Counted from the stretch's first letter, positions 1 through 9,639 are shown. The stretch: DNA of 64,000 nt from Chitinophagaceae bacterium (GCA_013696395.1 JACCYQ010000044.1:620-64619), one strand, 5' to 3'. The notes: a model not told the origin generated them from the sequence alone. Translations and numbers: made by a program.

Positions 1-1
1 C

Positions 2-3000
2 GAAATTGTTTATAGCCGCAACGATGCAAAAGGTTTCAAACCTGCCATGATCATCGCTAAAACGGGAGATGATTTTAACTACCTGCCATTCAATGACACC
101 CGGATTAATACATCCCGGTTTGATGTTGGCGGAAAGCGTATGAACCCTACAGGTATGGACGCATTCATTTATGCTGAAAGAGATATTTATCGTCCGGGTG
201 AGTCCGTTCGTTTTTCAGTTATCCTTCGGAACAGTGAATGGCAAAGCCCTGGCGATATTCCATTAAAATTAAAATTTCTTTATCCTAATGGAAAGGAATT
301 TAAATCGTTCCGTAAAAATCTGAATGAAGAAGGCTCTATGGAATCATCGATCGATTTGCCGGTGTCTGCCATTACTGGGACTTATAACTTAGAAGTTTAT
401 TCTTCTAATGACATTCTACTTTCTACCCAAAATTTTATGGTTGAAGAATTTGTTCCTGACCGGATTAAGGTTACTGCAACTTTAGATAAAAAGGAATTGG
501 TGCCTGGTCAATCAACAAACTTAATGATCAATGCCGTTAATTTTTTTGGGCCTCCTGCTGCAAACAGGAATTATGAAACCGATATCCAGGTTAAGCAAAA
601 GAAGTTTTCTGCAAAAAAATTTCCGGGATATGACTTTTCCCTTGAAAATCAAAATACTTTTTTTGGCAATGAGTTAAAAGAAGGTAAAACGAATGAATCA
701 GGTAATGCTACCATTACTTATGAAGTGCCTGCTTTATATGCCAACATGGGATTATTGCAGGCGGATTTTTATACCACTGTTTTTGATGAAACGGGTCGCC
801 CTGTTAGTAAACAAACTCCGGTAGAAATATTTACACAAGATGTTTTTTTTGGATTAAAACATGACTATTCATCCTATTTCCCATTGAACAGGCCGGTAAA
901 ATTTGGCATTCTGTCAGTAAACAAAAATGGAGGTCCCGTTAAAAGCACTGCCCGGATTGTAATGGTAAAAAAAGAATACAAAACACAACTGGTTCGCAGT
1001 GGTAGTTATTTCAGGTACGAATCTCAAAGGCAGGATAAGATCGTTTCGGAGTTGCAAAAAGAAATCAGCGGGGAAGTGGTTCATACTTATACGCCTGTAA
1101 CACCAGGGGATTATGAATTGCGAATTTATAAGCCCGGTGCTGCTGCATACATCAGCAAATCTTTTTACAGCTATGGATCCTGGGGTAATAATTACAGTAA
1201 TGCTTTTGAAGTTAACCGGGAAGGAAATATTGATATTGAAACAGATAAAGATGAATATACCACGGGCGATGCATTGAAACTTTTATTTAAAGCTCCTTTC
1301 GATGGTAAAATGCTGGTCACACTGGAGAATAATGGCGTTGTTGATTACCGTTATGTTGAAGTAAATAATCGTACGGCAAGTATGGAACTGCCCGTAAAAG
1401 ATCTGCATTTACCTAATATTTACATAACTGCAACTTTGATCAAACCACATGAAGTTTCAGAAATTCCATTAACTGTTGCACATGGTTTTCAGAATGTTCG
1501 AGCACTGGGAAAGGACAGGAAAATGCATGTTGCTATTACGGCGCAGAAATTAGTCCGTTCTCGTATACATCAGAAAGTGAGTATTAAAGCTGCACCGGGC
1601 AGTTATGTTACATTAGCTGCTGTTGATAATGGGGTATTGCAGGTCAGCAATTTTACCAGTCCTGACCCGTATGAATATTTTTATAAGAAAAGAGCCTTGC
1701 AGGTAAATGCCTATGATCTTTATCCATTGTTGTTTCCGGAGATCAGGGCAAGGTTAAGCAGCACTGGTGGCGATGCTGAAATGAAGATGGATAAGCGGGT
1801 GAATCCAATGCCGGCAAAACGAATCAAAATTGTTTCTTATTGGAGTGGTATTGTAAAAGCAAATGGAAATGGCGTCGCCAATATATCATTTGATATACCA
1901 CAATTCAGCGGGCAGATCAGGTTAATGGCGGTTGCCTATAAAGGCAATGCATTTGGATCATCAGAAGCAGTAATGACCGTTGCTGATCCTGTAGTGGTAA
2001 GTACTGCATTACCCCGGTTTTTAAGTCCTGGTGATACCGTATCAGTCCCTGTGACTATCAGCAATACAACAGCAAAAGCTGCCGAAGCGATTTCCAATAT
2101 AAAGGTGGAAGGTCCATTCCTAATTGTTGGTCAATCAAATCATAAAATATATATTAATGCCAATAGTGAACAGGTGGTTTATTACCAGGTAGCTGCAAAG
2201 CCTGGAATTGGAGTGGGTAAGATCAGGGTGGATATAAACAGTATGGGTGAGCGCTTTTTTGAAGAAACAGAATTATCTGTAAGACCACCATCCACTTTGC
2301 AAAAACTATCTGGAAGTGGAAGCATTGTTGGTGGAAAAAATCAGCAGGTGAATATTCCTGTTAGTGATTTTATGGCAGGATCTGCTGATTATAAGCTGAT
2401 GGTAAGTTCATCGCCGGTGGCTGAACTTGCATCGCATTTAAAATACCTGGTTCAATATCCTTATGGCTGTACGGAGCAGATTATCTCATCGGCTTTTCCT
2501 CAATTATATTATGGCGATATGGCCAGTTTGGTTGGATTGAAAACAGGTGACCAGGCCATTACAAATATTATTGAAACCATCCGCCGGATCAAAATGCGAC
2601 AGTTGTATAATGGTGCTCTTACACTTTGGGAAAATGAAGAACAGGAACATTGGTGGACAACAGTGTATGCTGCACATTTTTTACTGGAAGCAAAACGGGC
2701 GGGTTTTGATGTGGATAATAGTTTAATGGAAACACTATTGGGATATATCAGTCATCGGCTGGCAAATAAACAAACGATAACGTATTACTATAACCGCGAT
2801 CAGAACAGGAAGATCGCTCCTAAAGAAGTTCCTTATAGTTTATATGTATTATCCATGGCCGGGCGACCTAATATTTCAGCCATGAATTATTATAAAGCGA
2901 ATACAGCAATGCTTTCGCTCGATGGGCGTTATTTATTGTCCGCTGCCTTTGCTTTAGCGGGTGATAGAAAATCTTTTAATTCATTATTACCCGGATCATT

Positions 3001-3841
3001 TAGTGGAGAGCAATCCGTTCCACAAACCGGAGGTAGTTTTTATTCGTTTCACAGGGATCTTGCTTTAGCCTTAAATGTATTACTGGAAGTTGACCCCGGG
3101 CATAAGCAGGTGCCGGTGATGGTTAGGCAAGTAAGCGATTTATTAAAATCCAACCAGTATTTAAATACACAGGAAAGAACGTTTTCATTCCTGGCATTGG
3201 GTAAAATGGCGAGGCAGGCTGGGAAATCTGATGTAAAAGCAGAGATTAAAGTGAAAGGAAAAACAATTGCGAGGATAGACGGAAATGACTGGCAGGGGAA
3301 TATGAAAAACATAAAATCAAACCAGGTTGAAATAGTAACTACCGGAAATGGACGTTTGTATTATTGGTGGGAAGCTGAAGGGATCAGTGCCAGCGGTCAG
3401 TATATTGAAGAAGATAATTTTATTAAAGTAAGAAAACGGTTCTATAACAGGAATGGACAGCCGATTACAGGAAATTCATTTTCCCAAAATGAATTGATAA
3501 TAATAGGCATCACTTTAGAAAATGCTTATAGCAACCCGGTGGAAAATATTGTAATTACTGATTTACTGCCCGCTGGTTTTGAAATAGAAAACCCGCGAAC
3601 CAAAGCGATCCCCGGAATGAACTGGATCAAAGACAGTGAAAATCCAAAAGCTTTGGATGTGCGGGATGATCGGATTCACTTTTTTGTGGACCTGGGTAAG
3701 CAAAAGCAGATTTATTATTATGCTGTGAGGGCGGTATCGCCAGGTAATTACAAGATGGGACCGGTAAGTGCAGATGCAATGTATAAAGGAGAGATACATT
3801 CATATCATGGGGCGGGAAATATAAAAGTAGTCAGCAAGTAA
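2..3841 (+). CDS. alpha-2-macroglobulin family protein (5' end cut by the window edge)
   Basis: The frame is open from nt 2 (EIVYSRNDAKGFKPA precedes the first in-frame ATG at 47), so the gene starts upstream of the window. The thioester motif GCTEQ is present in YLVQYPYGCTEQIISSAF. The size and layout fit bacterial A2M-type proteins. Confidence 0.9.
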   Translation, partial: EIVYSRNDAKGFKPAMIIAKTGDDFNYLPFNDTRINTSRFDVGGKRMNPTGMDAFIYAERDIYRPGESVRFSVILRNSEWQSPGDIPLKLKFLYPNGKEFKSFRKNLNEEGSMESSIDLPVSAITGTYNLEVYSSNDILLSTQNFMVEEFVPDRIKVTATLDKKELVPGQSTNLMINAVNFFGPPAANRNYETDIQVKQKKFSAKKFPGYDFSLENQNTFFGNELKEGKTNESGNATITYEVPALYANMGLLQADFYTTVFDETGRPVSKQTPVEIFTQDVFFGLKHDYSSYFPLNRPVKFGILSVNKNGGPVKSTARIVMVKKEYKTQLVRSGSYFRYESQRQDKIVSELQKEISGEVVHTYTPVTPGDYELRIYKPGAAAYISKSFYSYGSWGNNYSNAFEVNREGNIDIETDKDEYTTGDALKLLFKAPFDGKMLVTLENNGVVDYRYVEVNNRTASMELPVKDLHLPNIYITATLIKPHEVSEIPLTVAHGFQNVRALGKDRKMHVAITAQKLVRSRIHQKVSIKAAPGSYVTLAAVDNGVLQVSNFTSPDPYEYFYKKRALQVNAYDLYPLLFPEIRARLSSTGGDAEMKMDKRVNPMPAKRIKIVSYWSGIVKANGNGVANISFDIPQFSGQIRLMAVAYKGNAFGSSEAVMTVADPVVVSTALPRFLSPGDTVSVPVTISNTTAKAAEAISNIKVEGPFLIVGQSNHKIYINANSEQVVYYQVAAKPGIGVGKIRVDINSMGERFFEETELSVRPPSTLQKLSGSGSIVGGKNQQVNIPVSDFMAGSADYKLMVSSSPVAELASHLKYLVQYPYGCTEQIISSAFPQLYYGDMASLVGLKTGDQAITNIIETIRRIKMRQLYNGALTLWENEEQEHWWTTVYAAHFLLEAKRAGFDVDNSLMETLLGYISHRLANKQTITYYYNRDQNRKIAPKEVPYSLYVLSMAGRPNISAMNYYKANTAMLSLDGRYLLSAAFALAGDRKSFNSLLPGSFSGEQSVPQTGGSFYSFHRDLALALNVLLEVDPGHKQVPVMVRQVSDLLKSNQYLNTQERTFSFLALGKMARQAGKSDVKAEIKVKGKTIARIDGNDWQGNMKNIKSNQVEIVTTGNGRLYYWWEAEGISASGQYIEEDNFIKVRKRFYNRNGQPITGNSFSQNELIIIGITLENAYSNPVENIVITDLLPAGFEIENPRTKAIPGMNWIKDSENPKALDVRDDRIHFFVDLGKQKQIYYYAVRAVSPGNYKMGPVSADAMYKGEIHSYHGAGNIKVVSK

Positions 3842-3880
3842 TTGCGACGCAAAGATGTATTAAACTAAAGACAAAAAAAT

Positions 3881-3904
3881 AAGCCTGGAAGTAAATCCAG
3901 GCTT
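3881..3904 (-). terminator. rho-independent terminator hairpin between the convergent A2M and RRM genes
   Basis: AAGCCTGGA (3881-3889) pairs with TCCAGGCTT (3896-3904), giving a 9-bp stem and a 6-nt loop. On the minus strand a T7 run follows it (plus-strand A-run 3873-3879), so it is best placed to terminate the RRM gene. Confidence 0.7.
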
Positions 3905-3931
3905 ATAAGAACACAGTGAATATTTTTTTGA

Positions 3932-4333
3932 TTAATACTCGTCCCTGTATCCACCACGACTTCCGCCGCCGCCGCCACGGTTAAAACCGCCGCCGCCGCC
4001 GCCGTTGCCGCCTTTCTTGAATCCGCCACCGCCGCCGCCGTTGCCGAAGCTTCTTTTCTTAAAGCCACCGCCGCCGCTGCCGCCGCCTTCAGTTTTAGGA
4101 CGAGATTCATTTACAACCAGGTTTCTTCCTTCAACTTCAGTGTTGTTTAAAGAATCAATAGCAGTTTGTGCTTCCGCATCATTTGCCATTTCAACAAAGC
4201 CAAAGCCTTTGCTGCGCTGGGTAAATTTGTCAGTAACGATTTTAGCAGAAGTAACTTCGCCAAATGGACTGAATAGGTTGGCCAAATCCTGATCTTTCAG
4301 GCTCCAACTCAGGTTTCCTACGTAAATGTTCAT
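3932..4333 (-). CDS. RRM-type RNA-binding protein with a glycine-rich C-terminal tail
   Basis: RNP2 (IYVGNL) and RNP1 (KGFGFVEM) motifs are present, followed by GGGSGGGGFKK...GGGGGSRGGY. This matches the bacterial Rbp/RRM_1 architecture. Confidence 0.9.
   Translation of the reverse strand: MNIYVGNLSWSLKDQDLANLFSPFGEVTSAKIVTDKFTQRSKGFGFVEMANDAEAQTAIDSLNNTEVEGRNLVVNESRPKTEGGGSGGGGFKKRSFGNGGGGGGFKKGGNGGGGGGFNRGGGGGSRGGYRDEY
3950..4090. repeat. imperfect (GCC)n trinucleotide tract encoding the Gly-rich tail
   Basis: Runs of gccgccgccgcc are interrupted by short spacers. They correspond to GGN codons on the minus strand and explain the Pro-rich and Ala-rich shadow ORFs in other frames. Confidence 0.8.
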
Positions 4334-4585
4334 TTTGAGAAAAAATTTAAAAAAAAGAAATTGTTAATACAATTACAACTTGCTCAAAACATTTACGAAA
4401 CGTTCAATTGAGATTATCAGTAACTGTAAAGAACACTAAACACCACGAAAATAAGATTATTTCATGAACAACAAATTCATTTTTTGATGGCTTATTGACA
4501 TTGAAATTCAATGTAAATGAAGATATGCCCGTACATAAAAGTTTAATATGAACTGATTGGTAAAGAATTAATCCAATATAGAAAT

Positions 4586-4613
4586 AAAAAACCCCCGGAT
4601 TTACCAGGGGTTT
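4586..4613 (-). terminator. rho-independent terminator downstream of rplI
   Basis: The minus strand reads AAACCCCTGG-TAAAT-CCGGGGGTTT followed by TTTATTTC. It lies 23 nt after the rplI stop. Confidence 0.7.
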
Positions 4614-4635
4614 AAGGATAATTTTAGAAAGAGAA

Positions 4636-5082
4636 TTATTCACCTTCCACTTCAAATTCAACTTCGGCTGATTGATTGCTGCCAAAATCGATCGTTGCTT
4701 TATATGTTCCCACTTCCTTTACTTCATCAGGTATAGAGATCTTTTTGCGATCGATCTGGTAGCCTTTCTGCTCCATAATAGCGCGGCTGATTTGTAATGG
4801 GGTTACACTGCCAAAGATCTTTCCGCTTGTTCCGGTTTTAGCACCAATTTTCAATGGCGCTTCAGCCAGTTTAGCTTTTACATTATTGATCTCCGCCAGC
4901 ATTTTTTCTTCTTTCTTACGAACCTGCTTCAGCCTCTCTTCCAATTGCTTTTTATTGCCGGGAGTAGCTTCAATAGCCATTAATTGCGGGATCAGGAAAT
5001 TACGGGCATAGCCACTTTTTACTTTCACCAGGTCATTAACAGCACCCAGGGTATCTACATATTTTGTCAGGATTACTTCCAT
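4636..5082 (-). CDS. rplI: 50S ribosomal protein L9
   Basis: The N-terminus MEVILTKYVDTLGAVNDLVKVKSGYARNFLIPQ is typical of L9. At 148 aa it is the last gene of the rpsF-rpsR-rplI row. Confidence 0.95.
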   Translation of the reverse strand: MEVILTKYVDTLGAVNDLVKVKSGYARNFLIPQLMAIEATPGNKKQLEERLKQVRKKEEKMLAEINNVKAKLAEAPLKIGAKTGTSGKIFGSVTPLQISRAIMEQKGYQIDRKKISIPDEVKEVGTYKATIDFGSNQSAEVEFEVEGE

Positions 5083-5144
5083 GTTTTAAGTTTTACCACC
5101 CCAGTGAAATTCACTGTCCCCTAATGAAGGGTTAGGGTGAGGTT

Positions 5145-5411
5145 TTACTTTAAAAGATCTGTTACAAAAGGCAATAATGCCATTTGACGGGCTTTTTTAA
5201 CCGCATCAGACACTTTGCGTTGAAATTTCAATGAGTTACCGGTTAAACGGCGGGGTAAAATTTTACCCTGCTCGTTCAGGAATTTTTTCAAAAATTCAAC
5301 ATCCTTATAATCAATATAACGGATGCCATACTTTTTGAACCGGCAGTATTTCTTAATCCTTTTATCGCTACGTATAGCGGTCAGGTATTTTATTTCGTTA
5401 GCTTTTGCCAT
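5145..5411 (-). CDS. rpsR: 30S ribosomal protein S18
   Basis: The 88-aa basic protein contains [27 protein letters not shown], the S18 signature region. It is positioned between rpsF and rplI. Confidence 0.95.
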   Translation of the reverse strand: MAKANEIKYLTAIRSDKRIKKYCRFKKYGIRYIDYKDVEFLKKFLNEQGKILPRRLTGNSLKFQRKVSDAVKKARQMALLPFVTDLLK

Positions 5412-5414
5412 AAC

Positions 5415-5771
5415 TTAAGATTCAACTGCTTTTTCGGTTCCTGTCGGTACGCCACTTCTCTTTTTAGCATTGTACTCGACGGCGTATTTATCGAGTTTGC
5501 AAAGCAGGTGACGAAGTACACTTTCGTCACGTAAAAGCTGAATTTTCAGCTTTTCATTGAAGTCGGATAGCCCCCTGAATTCTAAAACCCAGTATAAACC
5601 TGTGGTTTTTTTATCAACAGGATAAGCCAGTGATTTTAATCCCCATGGATTCTCTGAAACGATTTCACCACCATTTTCGGTGATGTAACCGGTGTATTTT
5701 TTCAGCGCTGATTTAAATTCATCATCGCTAAGAACCGGGGTAAAAATCACCATCAATTCATAATTGTTCAT
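5415..5771 (-). CDS. rpsF: 30S ribosomal protein S6
   Basis: MNNYELMVIFTP... is a typical S6 N-terminus. The gene ends 3 nt upstream of rpsR. Confidence 0.95.
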   Translation of the reverse strand: MNNYELMVIFTPVLSDDEFKSALKKYTGYITENGGEIVSENPWGLKSLAYPVDKKTTGLYWVLEFRGLSDFNEKLKIQLLRDESVLRHLLCKLDKYAVEYNAKKRSGVPTGTEKAVES

Positions 5772-5858
5772 TTGCTGATAGTGTTTTAAAAATAAAAAAT
5801 TCCCTTTAGCCAGTCAGAAAAACAGATGTATACCTTCCTGGTTCAGACTTTGGGGCGG

Positions 5859-5866
5859 CAAAGATA
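5859..5866 (-). promoter_or_regulatory. candidate Bacteroidota -7 box (TAtcTTTG) for rpsF-rpsR-rplI
   Basis: The minus strand reads CCCCTATCTTTGCCGCC, an exact match to TAnnTTTG about 88 nt upstream of the rpsF ATG. A TTTA lies at roughly the -33 distance. Confidence 0.45.
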
Positions 5867-6009
5867 GGGGTTATGAGGGGAAATAAAGACCTTAAATCCA
5901 TGTTTTTTGCAGTAACGCGACGCTACTTCAGCCATACTGCCAAATTTACCGTTTATTATTAAATTTTTGGACTGGCACCTTCTTTGAACCTAAGCAGAAA
6001 AAAAATCTT

Positions 6010-7857
6010 ATGCAGAAAGGTGCCATACGGGTTCATACAGAGAATATCTTCCCGATCATTAAAAAGTTTTTATACAGCGACCACGAAATTTTTTTAAGAG
6101 AACTTGTTAGTAATGCGGTGGATGCTACCCGCAAACTAAAGACACTATCATCTGCCGGAGAAGTGAAAGGCGAATTAGGTGAATTGCGCATCGATATCAT
6201 CCTGGACAAAGAAAATAAAACACTCACTATTGCAGATTCTGGCATTGGCTTAACTGCCGAAGAAATGGATAAGTATCTGAATCAGGTGGCATTTTCCAGT
6301 GCAGAAGAGTTTTTGGAAAAATATAAGGGAGAGAATGAAGCCAATATTATCGGTCACTTCGGACTGGGATTTTATTCCGCTTTTATGGTGAGTGACAAGG
6401 TGGAAGTTTTTTCAAAATCTTATGAAGAGGATGCTCCTGCCGCCCGTTGGGAATGTGATGGAAGTCCTGAATATGTTATTGAGGAAGTTGAAAAAGCGGA
6501 AAGGGGAACCAGTGTTGTTTTACATGTCAATGAAGAAAGCCAGGAATTTTTAGAAGCAGACAGAATCAGGCATATTTTAAATCGTTTTTGCCGTTTCCTG
6601 CCCATTCCAATATTTTTTGAAGACAAACAAATCAACAATACAAATCCGGCCTGGACAAAAAAACCATCCGAATTAACCACACAGGATTACCAGGACTTTT
6701 ATAAAGAGCTTTATCCATTTTCAGAAGCACCGCTTTTCTGGATTCATTTGAATGTTGATTATCCATTTAACCTGACGGGTATTCTTTATTTCCCAAAAAT
6801 TAAAAAGAGTTTTGAAATACAGAAAGATAAGATCCAGTTGTACAGCAACCAGGTTTTTGTTACGGACGAAGTGAAAGAAATTGTTCCTGAATTTTTAATG
6901 TTATTACATGGCGTAATTGATTCACCGGATATACCGTTGAATGTTAGCCGAAGTTACTTGCAGGGTGATCCAAATGTTCGCAAGATCAATTCGCATATTA
7001 CCAAAAAGGTAGCAGATAAACTGGAAGAAATATTTAAAAGCAACCGGAAGGAATTTGAAGAGAAATGGGAAGACATCGGGCTGTTTGTTAAGTATGGTAT
7101 GATGACAGATGATAAATTTCAGGAGAAGGCAAACAAGTTCCTGGTGATGCAGGATGCAGCATCTTCAACTTTTTATACACTGAAAGAATATCGGACTGCA
7201 ACCGAAGCATTGCAAAAAAACAAGGAAGGGAAACTGGTTGTAATATATACTACACAACCAGTAGAACAAGACAGTTATATTAAAGCTGCACAGGAAAAGG
7301 GTTATATAGTGGTGAAAATGGAAACACTTGTCGATTCCGCATTCATTAACAATATGGAAATGAAATGGGAAGATGTGACCTTTAAAAGAGTGGATTCAGA
7401 AATTGCTGAAAACCTGATCGATGCTTCCGAATCGTCAGTATCGATTTTGAATAAAGAAGAAGAGGAATTATTGAAGAATTTATTTGAGATCAAGAAACCA
7501 GCATTAACGGTAAAGGTTGAAGTGAAAGGATTAAGTGCTGGCACATCACCGGTTGTTGCAACACGGAGTGAATTTATGCGCAGGATGAAAGACATGGCTT
7601 CTATGGGTGGGGATGGAATGAAATGGTACGGAGAAATGCCAGATGAAGTAACGCTAACGGTAAATGGTAATCATCCTGTTTATAAAAACATATTGCAGGA
7701 ATCAACCAAAGAAAAACAGGAAAAAATGGTTAATAACCTGGCAGATCTTGCATTATTATCACAAGGATTATTGAAAGGTAGCGATCTTACAAATTTCATT
7801 AGCCGCAGTGTTGAATTAATGGAAGGAAAAGAAGAACCGAAGATTATACAATCATAA
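6010..7857 (+). CDS. htpG: molecular chaperone HtpG (Hsp90 family)
   Basis: GHKL ATPase motifs ELVSNAVDA, DSGIGLT and GHFGLGFYSAFMV are present. The 615-aa length fits. Confidence 0.95.
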   Translation: MQKGAIRVHTENIFPIIKKFLYSDHEIFLRELVSNAVDATRKLKTLSSAGEVKGELGELRIDIILDKENKTLTIADSGIGLTAEEMDKYLNQVAFSSAEEFLEKYKGENEANIIGHFGLGFYSAFMVSDKVEVFSKSYEEDAPAARWECDGSPEYVIEEVEKAERGTSVVLHVNEESQEFLEADRIRHILNRFCRFLPIPIFFEDKQINNTNPAWTKKPSELTTQDYQDFYKELYPFSEAPLFWIHLNVDYPFNLTGILYFPKIKKSFEIQKDKIQLYSNQVFVTDEVKEIVPEFLMLLHGVIDSPDIPLNVSRSYLQGDPNVRKINSHITKKVADKLEEIFKSNRKEFEEKWEDIGLFVKYGMMTDDKFQEKANKFLVMQDAASSTFYTLKEYRTATEALQKNKEGKLVVIYTTQPVEQDSYIKAAQEKGYIVVKMETLVDSAFINNMEMKWEDVTFKRVDSEIAENLIDASESSVSILNKEEEELLKNLFEIKKPALTVKVEVKGLSAGTSPVVATRSEFMRRMKDMASMGGDGMKWYGEMPDEVTLTVNGNHPVYKNILQESTKEKQEKMVNNLADLALLSQGLLKGSDLTNFISRSVELMEGKEEPKIIQS

Positions 7858-7915
7858 ATAGGTGTTCTATTATTTTCCAAATGAATATTTTAAAACGGGT
7901 TGCTCGCGACACGTT

Positions 7916-9625
7916 TTAATTTTCAGAAAGCCTGAGATCGATCATTTTTAACTGGATCGTTATTTGGCCGTTCCATTCATTTTCATCCAACGTAAAAAGA
8001 ATATCCAGTGGCTGATTTTTTTGAAGTAATGAAAATTTATGAGCCAGGCAAAAACCTATACCCGTTAACGTTACATTGTTTTGTTTCAGCACAAAACGGA
8101 TATGTTTTTCTTTAACAATTTTTGAGAATCCCGTATCATAAACTTTTCGGGCGATAAATACAGGTCGCAAATTCTCCGGACCAAAAGGTTCCATTTGGTT
8201 GATGATATTTAAAAAAGTGGGATTGATGTCGCTGAGTTGAATTTCAGCATCAACCACTACCTCGGGAATTAAAAGATCATCAGTAATACTTCCGGAAACT
8301 ACTTCTTCAAAACGACGTTGAAAAGCTTCCACATTGTAAGGTTTCATAGTTATTCCAGCAGCATAAAAATGTCCGCCATATCCAACTAAAAGATCTTTAC
8401 ACTGGTGTATGGCTTCATACACATTAAACCCGGAAACACTTCGGGCTGAACCTGCAACAACATCACCTGATTGCGTTAATACGATAGTGGGCCGGTAATG
8501 ATGTTCTATCAACCGCGAAGCAACAATACCCACCACACCTTTATGCCAATGAGATTTAAAAACAACTGTTGATTTTCGGGTTGCATGATCTTTATTTTCC
8601 AATATTAAAGCAAGCGCTTCATTGGTAATGGTGCTATCTGCTTCTTTGCGGTCGGTATTATCACTGTGCAGCATTTCCGCATAGGAAAGTGCTTCTTCAT
8701 AAGTTTCACTTACAAACATCTGCACCGCTTTTTTAGCATCATCCATTCTTCCTGCAGCATTTACCCGAGGAGCAATCATGAAAACTAGATTGGTGATATG
8801 TAGTTCATCTTTTAGTCCGCTTAAAAAACTTAAAGCTTTAATTCCACTGTTCGGTTTTTCATTTGCTTTCAGTAACCCAAAATATGCAAGAATTCTGTTT
8901 TCGCCGGTCATTTGCACAATGTCTGCTGCAATGGCTGTGGCAACGAGATCCAGGTATTCATATGTATTTTCTATGGGAATATTTAAAGCTTGTGCAAGCG
9001 CAGTGATTAATTTAAAACCAACACCGCAACCACATAATTCTTTATAAGGATAATCGCAATCTTTTTGTTTGGGATTTAAAATGGCAACTGCCGCTGGTAA
9101 AATGTCATCCGGTAAATGATGATCGCAAACGATAAAATCAATTCCCAGATCAGCGGCATATTGTATCAGGTCAACGGCTTTAATTCCGCAATCAAGGGAA
9201 ATGATCAGTGTAAATCCGTTTTCTTTGGCAAAATCAATCCCTGCTTTGCTAACACCATAACCTTCCCGGTATCGGTGTGGAATGTAAAAATCAACTTGCG
9301 AATGGATGTTGGAAATAAAACGATACATGCAAGCCACAGAGGTGGTACCATCTACATCATAATCACCATAAACTAAGATTTTTTCATTCTTTTCAATGCC
9401 CTGGCAGATGCGTGTGACTGCTTTCTGCATGTCTTTCATCAACCATGGATCATGCAGGTCAGATAGTTGTGGTCTGAAGAAATTTTTTGCTTCATCGAAA
9501 GTATTGATACCACGTTGAACTAAAATATTAACGAGTGCTTTGTGGATCTTTAATGATTCATGAAGAGATGCACTTTTTACGGCATCAGCAGTTAGTATTT
9601 TCCATCTTTTTTCCACAAGCAACAA
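7916..9625 (-). CDS. recJ: single-stranded-DNA-specific exonuclease RecJ
   Basis: DHH-family motifs DYDVDGTTS and VCDHHLP are present. There is no ATG at the N-terminus, so the start is TTG 9625/9622 or GTG 9616 (giving (M)EKRWKIL). Confidence 0.9.
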   Translation of the reverse strand: MLLVEKRWKILTADAVKSASLHESLKIHKALVNILVQRGINTFDEAKNFFRPQLSDLHDPWLMKDMQKAVTRICQGIEKNEKILVYGDYDVDGTTSVACMYRFISNIHSQVDFYIPHRYREGYGVSKAGIDFAKENGFTLIISLDCGIKAVDLIQYAADLGIDFIVCDHHLPDDILPAAVAILNPKQKDCDYPYKELCGCGVGFKLITALAQALNIPIENTYEYLDLVATAIAADIVQMTGENRILAYFGLLKANEKPNSGIKALSFLSGLKDELHITNLVFMIAPRVNAAGRMDDAKKAVQMFVSETYEEALSYAEMLHSDNTDRKEADSTITNEALALILENKDHATRKSTVVFKSHWHKGVVGIVASRLIEHHYRPTIVLTQSGDVVAGSARSVSGFNVYEAIHQCKDLLVGYGGHFYAAGITMKPYNVEAFQRRFEEVVSGSITDDLLIPEVVVDAEIQLSDINPTFLNIINQMEPFGPENLRPVFIARKVYDTGFSKIVKEKHIRFVLKQNNVTLTGIGFCLAHKFSLLQKNQPLDILFTLDENEWNGQITIQLKMIDLRLSEN

Positions 9626-9639
9626 AATGATATTTGAAT

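Noticed and set aside
3865-4292. An Ala-rich 81-aa ORF (3865-4110, minus strand) and a Pro-rich 95-aa ORF (4005-4292, plus strand) overlap the RRM gene.
   Set aside because: Both are alternative-frame or antisense readings of the (GCC)n tract that encodes the Gly-rich tail. They are low-complexity products with no start context. The RRM frame has clear RNP1 and RNP2 motifs.
4404-4685. A 93-aa minus-strand ORF lies in the leader region of the RRM gene.
   Set aside because: It begins inside the 3' end of rplI in another frame and reads straight through the rplI terminator hairpin, so it is implausible as a gene.
7892-7917. A possible terminator hairpin (AAAACG...CGTTTT) lies between htpG and recJ.
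   Set aside because: The stem is only 6 bp with a 14-nt loop, and its right arm overlaps the recJ stop codon. That is too weak to call.
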